Positions 1-11,625 of a DNA stretch of 50,182 bases are shown here, in pieces. The stretch's first letter is position 1, and every line of letters begins with the position of its first letter. The notes under the pieces were generated by a model. It searched no databases. It saw nothing but the letters and a program-made list of their open reading frames with translations, and was not told the origin of the DNA. The position numbers were made by a program, and so were the translations under genes. Origin of the DNA: Chiloscyllium plagiosum (taxonomy: Eukaryota); NCBI RefSeq assembly GCF_004010195.1, contig NC_057719.1, forward strand, positions 247,010 to 297,191. The letters are read 5' to 3'.

Positions 1-30
1 GTTTGATATCCAGACGTTTCATTACCTGCC

Positions 31-600
31 ATATGGAGGATAGTGGGCTAGTGTAGGTTAGGTGGGCTTGGATCGGCGCAACATCGAGGGCCAAAGGGCC
101 TGTACTGCGCTGTATTTTTCTATGTTCTATGTTCTATGAATAGGAAAGGAGTGGAGGGACCAAACAAAGTCAAGTGGTGCTAGTTTGGTTTAGTGACCAT
201 GTTTGCGTGGACTTGTTTGGCCAATGCGTCTGTTGCCATGCTGAATGTCTCAATGACTCTATGATACATTCCATTGAAATCTATGGATCTGTACTGAATG
301 TTCCCCTTCCCTTAATCAATATATGCTCTTCAATGTCAAGAAGCCATGTTGAAAGTTATCCACCTGAAGATTCTTTTGAAAAATGCTTTTTCACCCGGAG
401 AGTGATAGGAATCTGGAATGCTGTGCCTGGGTGAGTAGCAGAGGTAGGAAACCACACAACCTTTAAAAAACTAAGTGGATGAGCACTTGAAATGTCACAA
501 CATTCAAGGCTGCAGGTCAAGGACTGGAAAAGTGGGATTAGTGGGCGTAGGTCAGTGCAGTTTTGATGTGGTGTGCTATACAGAATGTCTTTATGACTCC
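31..600 (+). mobile_element. Cluster of CR1-type LINE 3' end fragments
   Basis: 3' UTR ending in (TTCTATG)n at about 118-137, a second tail ending near 265, and an FFTRRVIGIWNAVP C-terminal ORF2 remnant at about 385-430. Confidence 0.75.
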
Positions 601-1275
601 AACTAACACAGGTCTGCTTGTTGTTTACATTTACAAACAATGGCACACAATATGAAATTTTCAATTAATTTCAAAACTGAGGCATGATTCCTAAATTCTG
701 TCCCTCCCTCAACATTCTCCAAATTCTCTTGTAACACTTGCCCTTTTCCCCCAAATTATCCCTCACCTCATCTATCGCCTCCTCTATGCCTCCACAATCT
801 CGACGTTCCTTCCCTCCCCTTCCTAGCTCTGGAATCTATCCTGACCATCTCTTAGGGATCCACAGGCTGGCACTGGATGAATGAGGGATGTAGTTTTGGT
901 ACTTTGGAATCAGACAATGAGTAGGAATTCAGTGGGAGGGGTGTACAACCATCACAAACTCCGCTACAGCTTGTGTGACACTAAACTAACACCTCCTCCC
1001 TAAACCACCTTTCAGCGCCTGGCTATAGCTAATCACCCAGTGTAATTGTTGCTAGCTGGAACAGGTTCAATTACACTGACTGCAATGTCAATGAAATCTT
1101 TGTTACTTTAAGCAAACCTGCTTTGTTACTTCCCTCCTGTGCTGATGAGCTATTTTTACTTTATTAGCTGCCTATCCTTTGCCTGTTCACCTTGCTCTGA
1201 GGGATGACACAGGGCAGTCTGAAGTATTGGTGGTGAGGTGTGTGGGAAATCATCCATCTCCCAACTGCCCTAGTC

Positions 1276-2640
1276 TGTGTGGAGATCTCAGACCCTTCCT
1301 GAAATAACTCCACAGAGGCTGGTACATCATCAAGTCACCCTTTATTTACACATGAACAGTATGCCAGACTTTAGTACTGCCAGATCCAGAGTCAATATCA
1401 GAGTGTCAGAATCTCTGACACCTGTCTTTTTATCTGTCAGCCAGGGCTCCCTGATTGGGCCTGATAATCTGGTCCAATCAGGGAACTCATAGTCTGTGAT
1501 GTCCAGATGGCTGACCTTGTTACAATCATGACATCGCTCCCCCTCTGAGTCTGAGGACATAGGCCGGTCCTTTTTCTTGGAGAGTCTCTTGGGGCAGTTT
1601 AGCACTGGGTCAGGCTCCTCTGACTCAGGTCCAATACAGGTGGCATGTAATGCACGAGAGCTCGCCTCTAGCACCTTGGTAGAACTTCGCTCTCTTCTTC
1701 TGGTGGCAAAAGCATCAAGATGACTACATCTATCATGTCCACCTCTGATTTTGAGTTCTCAATAACACTTGAGGGAGAGGGTGAACAGTTTCCAGTAGCC
1801 TTTTTGAATGTCCAAGGAGCGGGGCATGTTTTGGTAATGCAACATTAGCGAATTCACAGCTTTTATATGGTCCAAATGTTGTTCAGGACTGTCGTGACTA
1901 CCCAAACTTTATGTCACTGTTCCTGACCTTGCATCGACCTTGTCTCTTACCCATATTTCCATGATTCTTACACCAAATGTTGCCCCTTGTATTAAACTAT
2001 CTCTCTCACTTACGGAGTCTTGTGTCCAGCATCGACGTTTCTGATGTCATTTCACCCTCTACCCACCCAGGTCCGGGAAGATCAGACTTAACCTGGTGCG
2101 GAATCTTCTACACATTAGCAACTCTGCTGGAGCAATCCTGGAAGTTGCATGTGGAGTGGTCCTATAATGAAATGAGAACTGGTATCTAGTGAGACTTTAG
2201 GCTCTTTCTGCTGGGCCATTGGACAATGGATGGTATGGAACAGATTTTCTATTATCAAACCTGTGTTTAATGAATGGACTCTGCTCAGTCAACTACTTTG
2301 AGTGGACATCTACAATGACCAAGAACCTTAAACTGATGAAAGGATCTGAATAATCAACATGCAACCATTCCCACAGATGTGAGGGAACTGCCAGTGGTAA
2401 TTTTTGACCTTGTTGGCACTCTGGACACTGCCCCACCAACATGGCTATGTCTGCATCCAAGCCTGGCCACTAGACATAACTTCTCACCAACATCTTCATT
2501 TTGGAGACCTCAGCTGGCCCTGGTGGAATTCAGTCAGTACCTGGTGGCAACATTTGCTCAGTCCAATCACTCTTGCTCCCCATAATAACATACTGTGAGC
2601 TGGTCTCTCTGGGTTCAAAAAAGGTTTCAATTCTGTTTGT
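1276..2640 (-). mobile_element. Decayed Gypsy LTR retrotransposon (integrase region plus 3' LTR)
   Basis: Minus-strand remnants LLWGARVI, HQG..KMKMLVRSYV*WPGLDADI, LHVDYSDPF..FLVIVDVHSK, PYHPLSNGPAERA and HLDHIK. Polypurine tract AGAGGGGGAGCGA is directly followed by TG at 1533 (LTR about 1533-1276, with AATAAA near 1341). Confidence 0.8.
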
Positions 2641-2644
2641 AACG

Positions 2645-2970
2645 GCCCTTTGGTTTCCCCCATCAGGGAGAGCCTTTTTCCAAGTATGGTGACGGCGAGC
2701 ACGAGGGGGCATATCGTTAAATTGAGGGGTGATAGATATAGGACAGATGTCAGAGGTAGTTTCTTTACTCAGAGAGTAGTAAGGTTATGGAATGCTTTGC
2801 CTGCAACAGTAGTAGATTCGCCAACTTTAAGTACATTTAAGTCGTCATTGGACAAACGTATGGGTGTACATGGAATAGTGTAGGTTAGATGGGCTTCAGA
2901 TTGGTATGACAGGTCGGCGCAACATCGAGGGCTGAAGGGCCTGTACTGCGCTGAAATGTTCTATGTTCTT
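2645..2970 (+). mobile_element. CR1-type LINE 3' fragment
   Basis: TRGHIVKLRGDRYRTDVRGSFFTQRVVRLWNALP CR1 ORF2 C-terminus plus TTCTATG tail. Confidence 0.85.
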
Positions 2971-2974
2971 AAAG

Positions 2975-4370
2975 GGCGGCATAAAGTGCATAATAAGTGC
3001 AAAACACACAAATTACAGTGTAATAAAAGAATGATAAATAATAGACATGGTTCTAGCAGCAATTCAAAGTTATGCAAAGAATTTCAGATGGAACAGAGTC
3101 CAATCTTACAGTGTTAAGGAGTCTGATGGCTTGGGGGAAGAAACTATCACACAGTCTGGCCGTGAGAGACCGAATGCTCTGGTATCTTCTGCCAGATGGC
3201 AGGAGGGAGAAGAGTTTGAGTGAGGGGTGTGTGGGGTCTTCCACAATGCTCTTAGCCTTCCAGATGCAGCATGTGGTGTAAGGTCTGTAATGGAGGGAAG
3301 AGAGACCCTGATGATCCTCTCAGCTGTCCTCATTATCCATTGTAAGGTCTTACAATCTGAGACGATGCAATTCCCAAACCAGGCAGTAATGCAGCAGCTC
3401 AGGGTACTCTCAATGAACCCTCTGTAGAATGTAGTCAGGATCGGGGGTGGGAGGTGGGGCTTTCCTCAGCCTGCACAGAAAGTAGAGATACTGCTGGGCT
3501 TTCTTGGCTATGGAGCTGGTGTTGAGGAACCAAGTGAGATTCTCTGCCAGGTGGATGCCAAGACATTTAATGCTGTTCACAATCTCCACAGGGGGGCCAT
3601 CAATGTCCAGTGGAACGTGGTTGCTCTGTGCCCTCCTGAAGTCAACAACCATCTCTTTTGTTTTGTCCACGTTCAGAGACAGGTTATTGGCTCTGCACCA
3701 GTCTGTTAGCCACTGCACCTTCTGTCTATATACTGACTCCTCATTCCTGCTGATGAGACCCACTACAGTCATGTTATCAGTCAAATTGATTATGTAATTC
3801 AAGCTGTACATCCCTGCACAGTTGGGGGAGCACCCATGCTCAGTGTGAAGGTGTTGGAGATGCTGTTCCCAATCTGGACTGTTCCCAGTCAGCAAGCCCA
3901 GGATCCAGGTACAGAGGGAGGTATTTAGGTCCAGCAGACTCAGCTTTCCAATCAGGTGCTGAGGAAATATAGTGTTAAATGCAGAACTGAGTCTATGAAC
4001 AGTAATGTGATGTACGTGTCCTTCTTCTCCAGGTGGGTGAGGGCCAGGTGGAGGGTGGTGGAAATGGCATCATCTGTTGCACGGTTGGGACGATATGTGA
4101 ACTGTAGAGTGTCCAGTAAGTTGGGCAGGAGGGTCTTAATATGCCTCATCACGAGCCTCTCGAAACACTTCATGATGATGCGTGTTAGCACAACGCTGCA
4201 GGAATCGTTAAGACAGGATGCTGAAGACTTCTTTGGCACAGGTACGATGATAGCAGCCTTGAAGCATGTGGGAACTATGGTGCAGCTCAGGGAGATATTG
4301 AAGATGTCCATGAGAACATCTGCCAGCACATCAGAGCATCTCTGAGCACTGTGCCAGGGATGTTATCTGG
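2975..4370 (-). mobile_element. Rex1/Babar-type LINE, 5'-truncated, frameshifted RT
   Basis: [52 protein letters not shown] and DPTHP..LFSLLPSGRRY..SFFPQAIRLLN across several ORFs. Confidence 0.85.
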
Positions 4371-4757
4371 TTACATTTGTACAGCTTTATTGTAATAAAA
4401 GAGCCCAAGACACTTCACAGGACGGTTACCAAAAAAGATTTAAAAGTGAACCACAACAGCAGATAACCAAACTTTAACTGTACTAGCTATGTAAAGAGTT
4501 TGGATTCAAGAATGGCTCAGACACTGGGAATCCTGCAGTATGCAAACTATTCTGATGAAGAGTCACCAGACTCAAACATTAACTCTGCTTTCTGTCCACA
4601 GATGCTGCCAGACCTGCTGAGTTTCTCCAGCAATTTATGTTTTGTTTCAGATCTCCAGCATCCGCAGATCTTTATTTTGGTGTGTAATCAACCTTCTGAC
4701 TCCCCAAAGCCTGTCCACAGGGCAAAAGTCAGGAGTGTGATGGAATACTACAAACTT

Positions 4758-4889
4758 CGAGGAGAAAGTGAGGTCTGCAGATGCTGGAGATCAAAGTTGA
4801 AACTTTATTGCTGGAACAGCACAGCAGGTCAGGCAGCATCCAGGGAACAGGAGATTCGACGTTTCGGGCACAGGCCCTTCTTCAGGAAT
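4758..4889 (-). mobile_element. ~130-bp Penelope-like terminal-repeat unit with hammerhead motif (family A)
   Basis: Near-identical to 39457-39586 and to the end of the GIY-YIG element at 29490-29584. Flanked by GGAATACTAC(A/C)AACTT at 4742-4757 and 4885-4900. Hammerhead motif at 4854-4889. Confidence 0.8.
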
Positions 4890-5852
4890 ACTACCAACTT
4901 GCCTGGATGAGTACAGCTCCAACAATACTCAAGAAACTTGACACTATCCAGGTCAAAGTAGCCTGTTTCACGGGCACGCTATCCACTACCTTCAATATTC
5001 ACTCTTTACACGACTCATCTGCAGCCGCAGTGTGTATCATCTACAAGGTTCAGTGCAACCACTCACCAAGGCTCCTTTAACGGCACCATACAAATCCTCA
5101 CTCTACAGCAATCACTAATATCTAGAAGGACAAGGGCAGCAGGTACATGGGAACACCAGCCCCTGCAAGTTCCCCACTGAGGAGTGTAGGACCAACTAGG
5201 AGAATGAGTACAAATACTGCGTCAAATCATGACATTGTTTCAAAAGTACTCATAGGCTCTGGGATATTCCTAGGAAGACAATTACAGAAATGTGAACACT
5301 GCTTTCTCCTTCCTGTCTCAGGAGACTCGAAAACCAAGTATAACATCTGAACACCGTCTCAGGCATGCTCACTCAGCACAAGATGGCGGTGGAGTAGCAG
5401 AGCTGAGCCCAGGGCTCATCTGCTCCCATCTACTTCCTTTCTTGTTTCCTTTTCTCCATTTTACTGTTGCTCATTTTCTTTTCTCTTTAAAGCCTGGAGA
5501 GTAGCAGGTGGAGGAGGACGCTTCTGATGGCAGCAGCAGAAACACCAGTACAACCAGACACAGACCCACTCCATCCCGGGTCTACCTAGAAGTGAGGAGC
5601 AGGTTCCGGGCTGACTCCCCCAGCCCAGACTTGCAGGCTGAGCCAAGGCTCCAGGTCCGCAACTAGGCCTAGATGCCGTAGGAGTGGGAGTGGAAGCATC
5701 AGCGGAAGGGACAGTGAGGATCCTGGTGACTGATGACTGGCTGCAGTGTCAGGAGGAGCATTGGATGGGGAACAGGAGGCAGGGAATGTGTGCATCCCCA
5801 GATCCATGGCTCCAGCTTGGACACAGCTGTTGCAATTGTGGATGCACATTAC

Positions 5853-5946
5853 TGAGACCCAGAGACCATAAATGAGACCCAGAGCCCATTACAGAGACCC
5901 AGCAGCCCATTACAGAGACCCAGGAGCCCATTACAGAAACCCCAGC
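5853..5946 (+). repeat. ~21-bp minisatellite, about 4 copies
   Basis: Repeated CCCATTACAGAGACCCAG(C/G)AG units. Confidence 0.8.
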
Positions 5947-6184
5947 CAATGTCAAGCAGTGACTGGAGGAGCAGGAGAACATGGCGAAGAAGGAAAGATG
6001 AACTCTGCTGCAGTAAAATCTTGCATCATATTCAGAGCTTGGTGACACTGCATGTAACATGTGAAAAACTCTTTTCACTATATTTTTATATATATGAGAG
6101 AAAAAATCTAAACCTAATCAAAAGATCTGAACATATATTTTTCTTGCTGCGGGTGGTGTGTTCCACAATTAGGTGTTGCAATCC

Positions 6185-6372
6185 TGATTTGGAGGTGCCA
6201 GTGTGGGACTGGGGAGGACAAAGTTAAAAATCACACCACACCAGGTTATAGTCCAACAGGTTTATTTGGAAGCACTCGCTTTCGGAGCGACACTCCTTCA
6301 TCATATGGTGAAGAGGCAGCACCTTGAAAGCTAGTGCTTCCAAATAAACCTGTTGGACTACAACCCGGTGTT
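6185..6372. mobile_element. Fold-back Penelope-like terminal-repeat insertion (family B)
   Basis: Inverted arms (ACCAGGTTATAGTCCAACAGGTTTATTTGGAAGCACT ... AGTGCTTCCAAATAAACCTGTTGGACTACAACCCGGT). TSD GT(G/A)TTGCAATCC at 6173-6184 and 6373-6384. Confidence 0.75.
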
Positions 6373-6477
6373 GTATTGCAATCCAGAACTGTAAGCGAGT
6401 GGCCTGTGCTTTGCTTCCACCTCACGGTCTCCTTATGTGGTAGGGCACGTAACTGTTCCACCTCCATCTGTGGGGAG

Positions 6478-6935
6478 ACACTGGTGTGGTGGTAATGTCA
6501 CAGCACTAGCAGTCAGAACCCCAGGCTCCATGGTTTGAATCCTGCCACAGCAAATGGGGGAATTTGAATTCGATAAAAATCTGGAATTAAAAGCTAGTCT
6601 AATGATAGCCATGTAACAAATGTTGATTGCCATAAAAACTCATCTGGTTTACAAATGCCCCTTAGGGAAGTAAATCTGCCATCCTTTCTTGGTCTGACCC
6701 ACACTGTGACTCCAGACTCACAGCAATAGGGTTGATTCTTAATTGGCCTGGTGCTGGAAAAGCACAGCAGGTCATGCAGCATCCGAGGAGCAGAAAAATC
6801 GACGTTTGGGGCAAAAGCCCTTCATCAGGACCCCAATCTGCTGTGCTTTTCCAGCACCACACTCTCAACTCTAATCTCCAGCATATGCAGTCCTCACTTT
6901 TGCCCTCTGGGCAATTAGGGACAGACAATAAATGA
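6478..6935 (+). mobile_element. Old tRNA-derived SINE interrupted by a Penelope-like terminal fragment (about 6748-6902)
   Basis: A/B-box-like TGGTGTGGTGG..GGTTTGAATCC head and GGGCAATTAGGGA..CAATAAATG tail. A related copy lies on the minus strand at about 23780-24125. Confidence 0.6.
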
Positions 6936-9900
6936 TGGTGTGATAATGCACAAGTAGAAACAAAAAAATCTGCAAATTAGAGCTGGTTGCATTTAAAAAA
7001 AAACAAAGAAACAGCTCCAAAACAGAGGATGCAAAAAAGTGCAGCTTATTTTATCACATCTTCAGGATTTGTTTGGAGAAAGGAAGGAATAAAACAGGCA
7101 GTTCCTTCACTCCTGTCTGCTTTCTGCTTGGGGTTCCCAACCTTTACACATCTCATTTGCTTCATCACCACAATTTGACATAAAATCACCAGATTCACCA
7201 TAGCAACTTTGAAAGTTTTTCTTCACAACCAGAAATTCCTCCAGGTAAAGGGGGTGGGGAGGGTTGAATCAGCAGGTTTTGCTTCCCTCTCTCTCTACCC
7301 TCGTTCTCCACCTTCCCTACTTTCCTCAGCTACCAGCCCCTTCCTGTCTCCTCTCCTCATACTCCACTCCACCATTTTCCTTTCCTCCACCCTCAATGAC
7401 AAAGGCATGGATGTAGAAGAGTGGTCTGTGAGTGTGAATGGCTGGGACTGCTCAACAGGTTAAAGGCAATGCAATTTGAGTGCGCTCAAACAGGAACCAG
7501 GAAGCAGCTGGTTAATTCATGTCCATCATATTCCTGATGCGTCAACACCTGAGACAAAATTATACCTCCCCACCCTGCTGGTCACCTTCACTGGATTCAC
7601 TTACCTTGCAACACACACTTCACATTGTCGATATCAGCCCTTTCCTCTTGCTGTGATGTTGGTGCAGAACCTACAGACAACATCCTTCCCGTTCCCTGTT
7701 CATGGGGGGGGAGCAGGGCCTGACGTGAGAAAACTTTATCAACGGCCCAGTAATAAAATGACAAATACAATGCATTAACTTTTTAAAAGCAGAATTGCTT
7801 TGAAATCCCACTCCTGATTGCCGACAGGACTGAAGCTCTGAGCACTGAGCTCCTGCCCCACTGCAAGACTGTGCTGAGTGGAGAGAAGTACTGACGCGCC
7901 AACACCAGCCCAGCAAGGCAGGCTCCACCCGCTGAAAATATCTGAATTGATTTCTCTTTGGTTTGGCACTATTGTGTCTGTAAATGATCTACTTACTTGG
8001 CCCCTGTCCAGAGACAACTTCATTTACATATTAAATTAAACAAACTTTCACACTGTGTCAGTAAAAGCCAAGATAACCCACAAACTTTTCTTATCTTTGT
8101 TTCATGAAAAAAAGAAAAACCCTGGCTTCTCTCTCTTTTTACACTACTGTTCTGCATTACAACCTGGCAATTATATAGCAATTGCTTGATAAGGTTCAAG
8201 TTCTATCTCATTTATTTCCTTTTATCTTCTTGTTACAGTAATACAAATACTCGATGCAGCGATCAATTCTCACTGATTAGAGTATAAAATAATTTCTGTG
8301 TCAACTTTTAGGTTAAGCACTGCTTAGTTTGGGGCTGAGCTGAAACACAACTTCAACCCAGGTGCCTGAGGCTGATCTTGAACAAGCTGACAATGCTCAC
8401 CTCGGAATCTGACACGTTCACTCAGAGCCCAGCACCCATTCATTCCAGGATAGGGCTTGGCAATTTAACTCAGAAAAAATGCAGATCCATCTCCTATTCT
8501 AGTCTTTGAGGAGCACGGACATGAAGCAGCAGGAATCCTCTCCAAATTCAAAGCAGCTCTCCAATTAATCTCTTCTGAAATTACTGACTCACATTGGAGT
8601 ACAGGTCTCCTCCTCTCCTGAAGGTGCTGACTCTCACAGTATATGGGTCCATGATAGTGCTGAGGGTGTGCACAGTGGGGTACAGGTCCCTAGCTGCTCA
8701 TGCTTGTATTTTCCACATCTTCCATTGTACTCTGTGAGGCCAATCTTTACACTCTTTGTATATTTCATTGTGCTTTACAGATCTCCCAGTGCAGAGGATC
8801 TGCTTTTATTTTTAAAAGCCACTTTATTTATTTATCTTGGCACTGTTCCTTACATCATCGGTTGACTTTGTTTCATGAGTACAATCTTTGCCTTTTAGGG
8901 GTACTTGCATCATACCAAATATGCCTTTGAATACTTACTACTATTTGTAAGGTCACAGGCTAGCACTCTGAGGGATTACTGCACTGTCTTTAAACTGAGA
9001 TGACAAACCAATAGCCCACTCAAATGGCACTTTGTTGATAAGAAGCTGTAGAGTTTTTTTAAAGTCCAATATTTGTCACTTAATTAAGATCACTAAAAGG
9101 AGAGTATGTGGTCAATATCACATGGCTGGTTAGAATAGCTTGCTTTGTGCACATTATCTGTGGCATCCCCTGTAACAGTGACAACACATCAAAAGTACTT
9201 ACTCAACTGTGAAGAGCTTTGAAATGTCCTGAGATTATGAAAGGAGAAATCACTAATAAATTAAGCCCAGTTTGTTGTGGTCAATCAATGTCTCATTCCT
9301 TTGGAGTTTGCCTGTGTTTTACACTCATTACGGTCCTCTCCCATTAAGATCTGCAGTGCACCTCTCCTCACTCCTAATATAGTGTCAATTGCAGTCGAAC
9401 ACGCCTGCCTAGTGAGGCTCTAATTTGGGAGAGTAGAGAACCAGCTGTCCTGAGATTTGATATTGGCACAATTCAATGTTTATGAAATAGCGGGGAAAGG
9501 TCATGGCAGTTCCTGAGTTGTCTGTTTCATAACCATGAAGTGAACGTAAAACCTGTTTGGGAAGCTGAACCTGCTGGGTAAAGCCAGGACAGATAGCTAG
9601 TTTGTTCAGTTCGGTTAATCACATTGTTTGATCCACTCCTGGTGTTTACATCCATCACCAAATGCCACAAATTACATCTGTACCACTTAAATAATACAGA
9701 AAGAACACTGCTGGTCTATTACAATTCACACCAAGGAGTGAGAGTTGCTGTAGCATCGTACATTTCCCTGTATGTTGTCGCTTGAAACTATGGCAAAAGC
9801 TCCAGTTCCATCACATGGCCAAACAGGCATCTTTCCCACTTTTTAAACTACCCTGTAATTGGCAGTACAGCATCCCAATAGACAACAAATGGACTGTAGT

Positions 9901-10893
9901 TGTTCAAGAAAGCACTATCACCTTCTCTAGGACAAGTAGGGAAATGGGTCCAGCTAGCAACACCATCAGACCCTGAATGAAAAACTCCTTCCCTCCCCAG
10001 TTCTGACAGTTCTTTCAGATTGTCTTCAAAAGCTATCTCCTCTTTGGCCTAATATCAAAACTTGATCAATCGGTTCCTATAGTTGTAGGTTATCCTATGT
10101 TATATACTTAATGATATAGTCTACATAAACTTTGACTCAGATTTCTCACTCCTGTTCTCGCCAAGTATACCACGGTGAAAGGAGAGTGACGTATGTTATG
10201 AGCAGTCCGTGGACGAGGTTCTCAATGCCTTGTTGTTATTAATGGGCCACCCGAAATTGTCATAGTCCCAGCTGAGAAACGGTGAAGTAGTTCCCCTTCT
10301 TTATTCATGTAGGTGGCTGGTTGCAACAAGGTTAATTAAAAAGTATTGTTCCCTTGTGGATACCTTACTTCCAGATTAAATGAATTTGTGTTTTAAAAGG
10401 AGCTGATTTAATTAGCTTTTCTTGAATCAAAGGAAGAGTGAGTTTATTAGTGATTAAATGCAACAAAAAGTATTTACACAACACAAATACACAGAGACTA
10501 GGAATCTGAAATGAATCCATAGAGATAGAAGTTAAAATGATGTTGGAAAATTTGCAGCCGTTACACTGAGTGATGCCAACTGGTTGATGCTGGTAATTGA
10601 ACAATTGACTTAAGTTGTTGACTTTGCAAGTTAACTGAAATTCTGCTGTCCGGTATCCTTTTTGACAGTGACCAACTTTCAGCTTGAAAGACAGAAACGC
10701 TGTCTTCAGCACAGGGGTGGCGAACTGTTGTCCTCAAACTGTAACCTACATTGCATACTAGAATATTAGAACGTAGAACACTACAGCGCAATACAGCCCT
10801 TCATCCCTCGATGTTGTGCTGACCTGTGAAACCAATCTAATCTACACTATTCCGTTTTCATCCATTGATCATTTATCCAATAATCATTTAAAT

Positions 10894-11570
10894 GAATTGA
10901 ATTAAATTGAATTTATTGTCACGCGCACCGAGGCACAGTGAAAAGCTTAATCGTGCAGATCACAGTTAAGTAGCATAGATAGTAAATAATAGGTAAACAG
11001 CGGCAAAAACAGAAACACAGGTACATGCAAATGTTAAGAGTTTGTGAGTCCATTCCGTATTCTAACAACAGTGGGGTAGAAACCGTTACAAAACCGGCTG
11101 GTGCGTGTGTTCAGGCTTCTGTACCTTCTCCCCGATGGTAGAGGTTGTAGAAAAACACTGCCAGGGTGGGATGGATCTTTGAGAATGCTGGCGGCCTTTC
11201 CTTGACAGTGGGCCAGGTAGTTGGATTCTACAGATGGGAGGTTGGCCTTTGTGATTGTCCAGGCCGAGTTCACCACTCTCTGTAACTGACTCCGATCTTG
11301 AATGGTACAGTTGCCATACCAGGTAGTGATACATCCAGACAGAATGCCCTCGATGGTGCACCTATAAAAGTTGGCATCATCATGCCAAATTTCCTCAGCT
11401 GTCTGAGGAAGAAGAGACGTTGTTGGGCCTTTGTAACCAGTGCGTCCACAAGAAAAGTCCAAGAAAGCTTGTTGTGGATGACCTCTCCCAGGAGCTTGAC
11501 ACTCTCTACTCGTTCCACGTCTGTGCTGTTAATGTGTAGGGGGGCATGAGTAACACCCCATCGAAAGTCA
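10894..11570 (-). mobile_element. Rex1/Babar-type LINE 3' fragment nested in a CR1 3' end (10760-10893 and 11571-11625)
   Basis: KAQQRLFFLRQLRKFG, NFYRCTIEGILSGCITTWYGNC and DPSHPG..LPSGRRYRSL. (AATTG)n-like tail. Confidence 0.85.
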
Positions 11571-11625
11571 ATGCCCTTAAAGTTGGCGAGTCTATTACTT
11601 TTCCAGGCAGTGTGTTCCACGCTCC

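Noticed and set aside
5853..5946. Short direct repeats resembling a CRISPR array
   Set aside because: Units are head-to-tail with no unique spacers. The DNA is eukaryotic and has no cas genes.
10365..10712. 115-aa minus-strand ORF in unique DNA
   Set aside because: Non-ATG start, AT-rich, no recognisable domain or exon structure.
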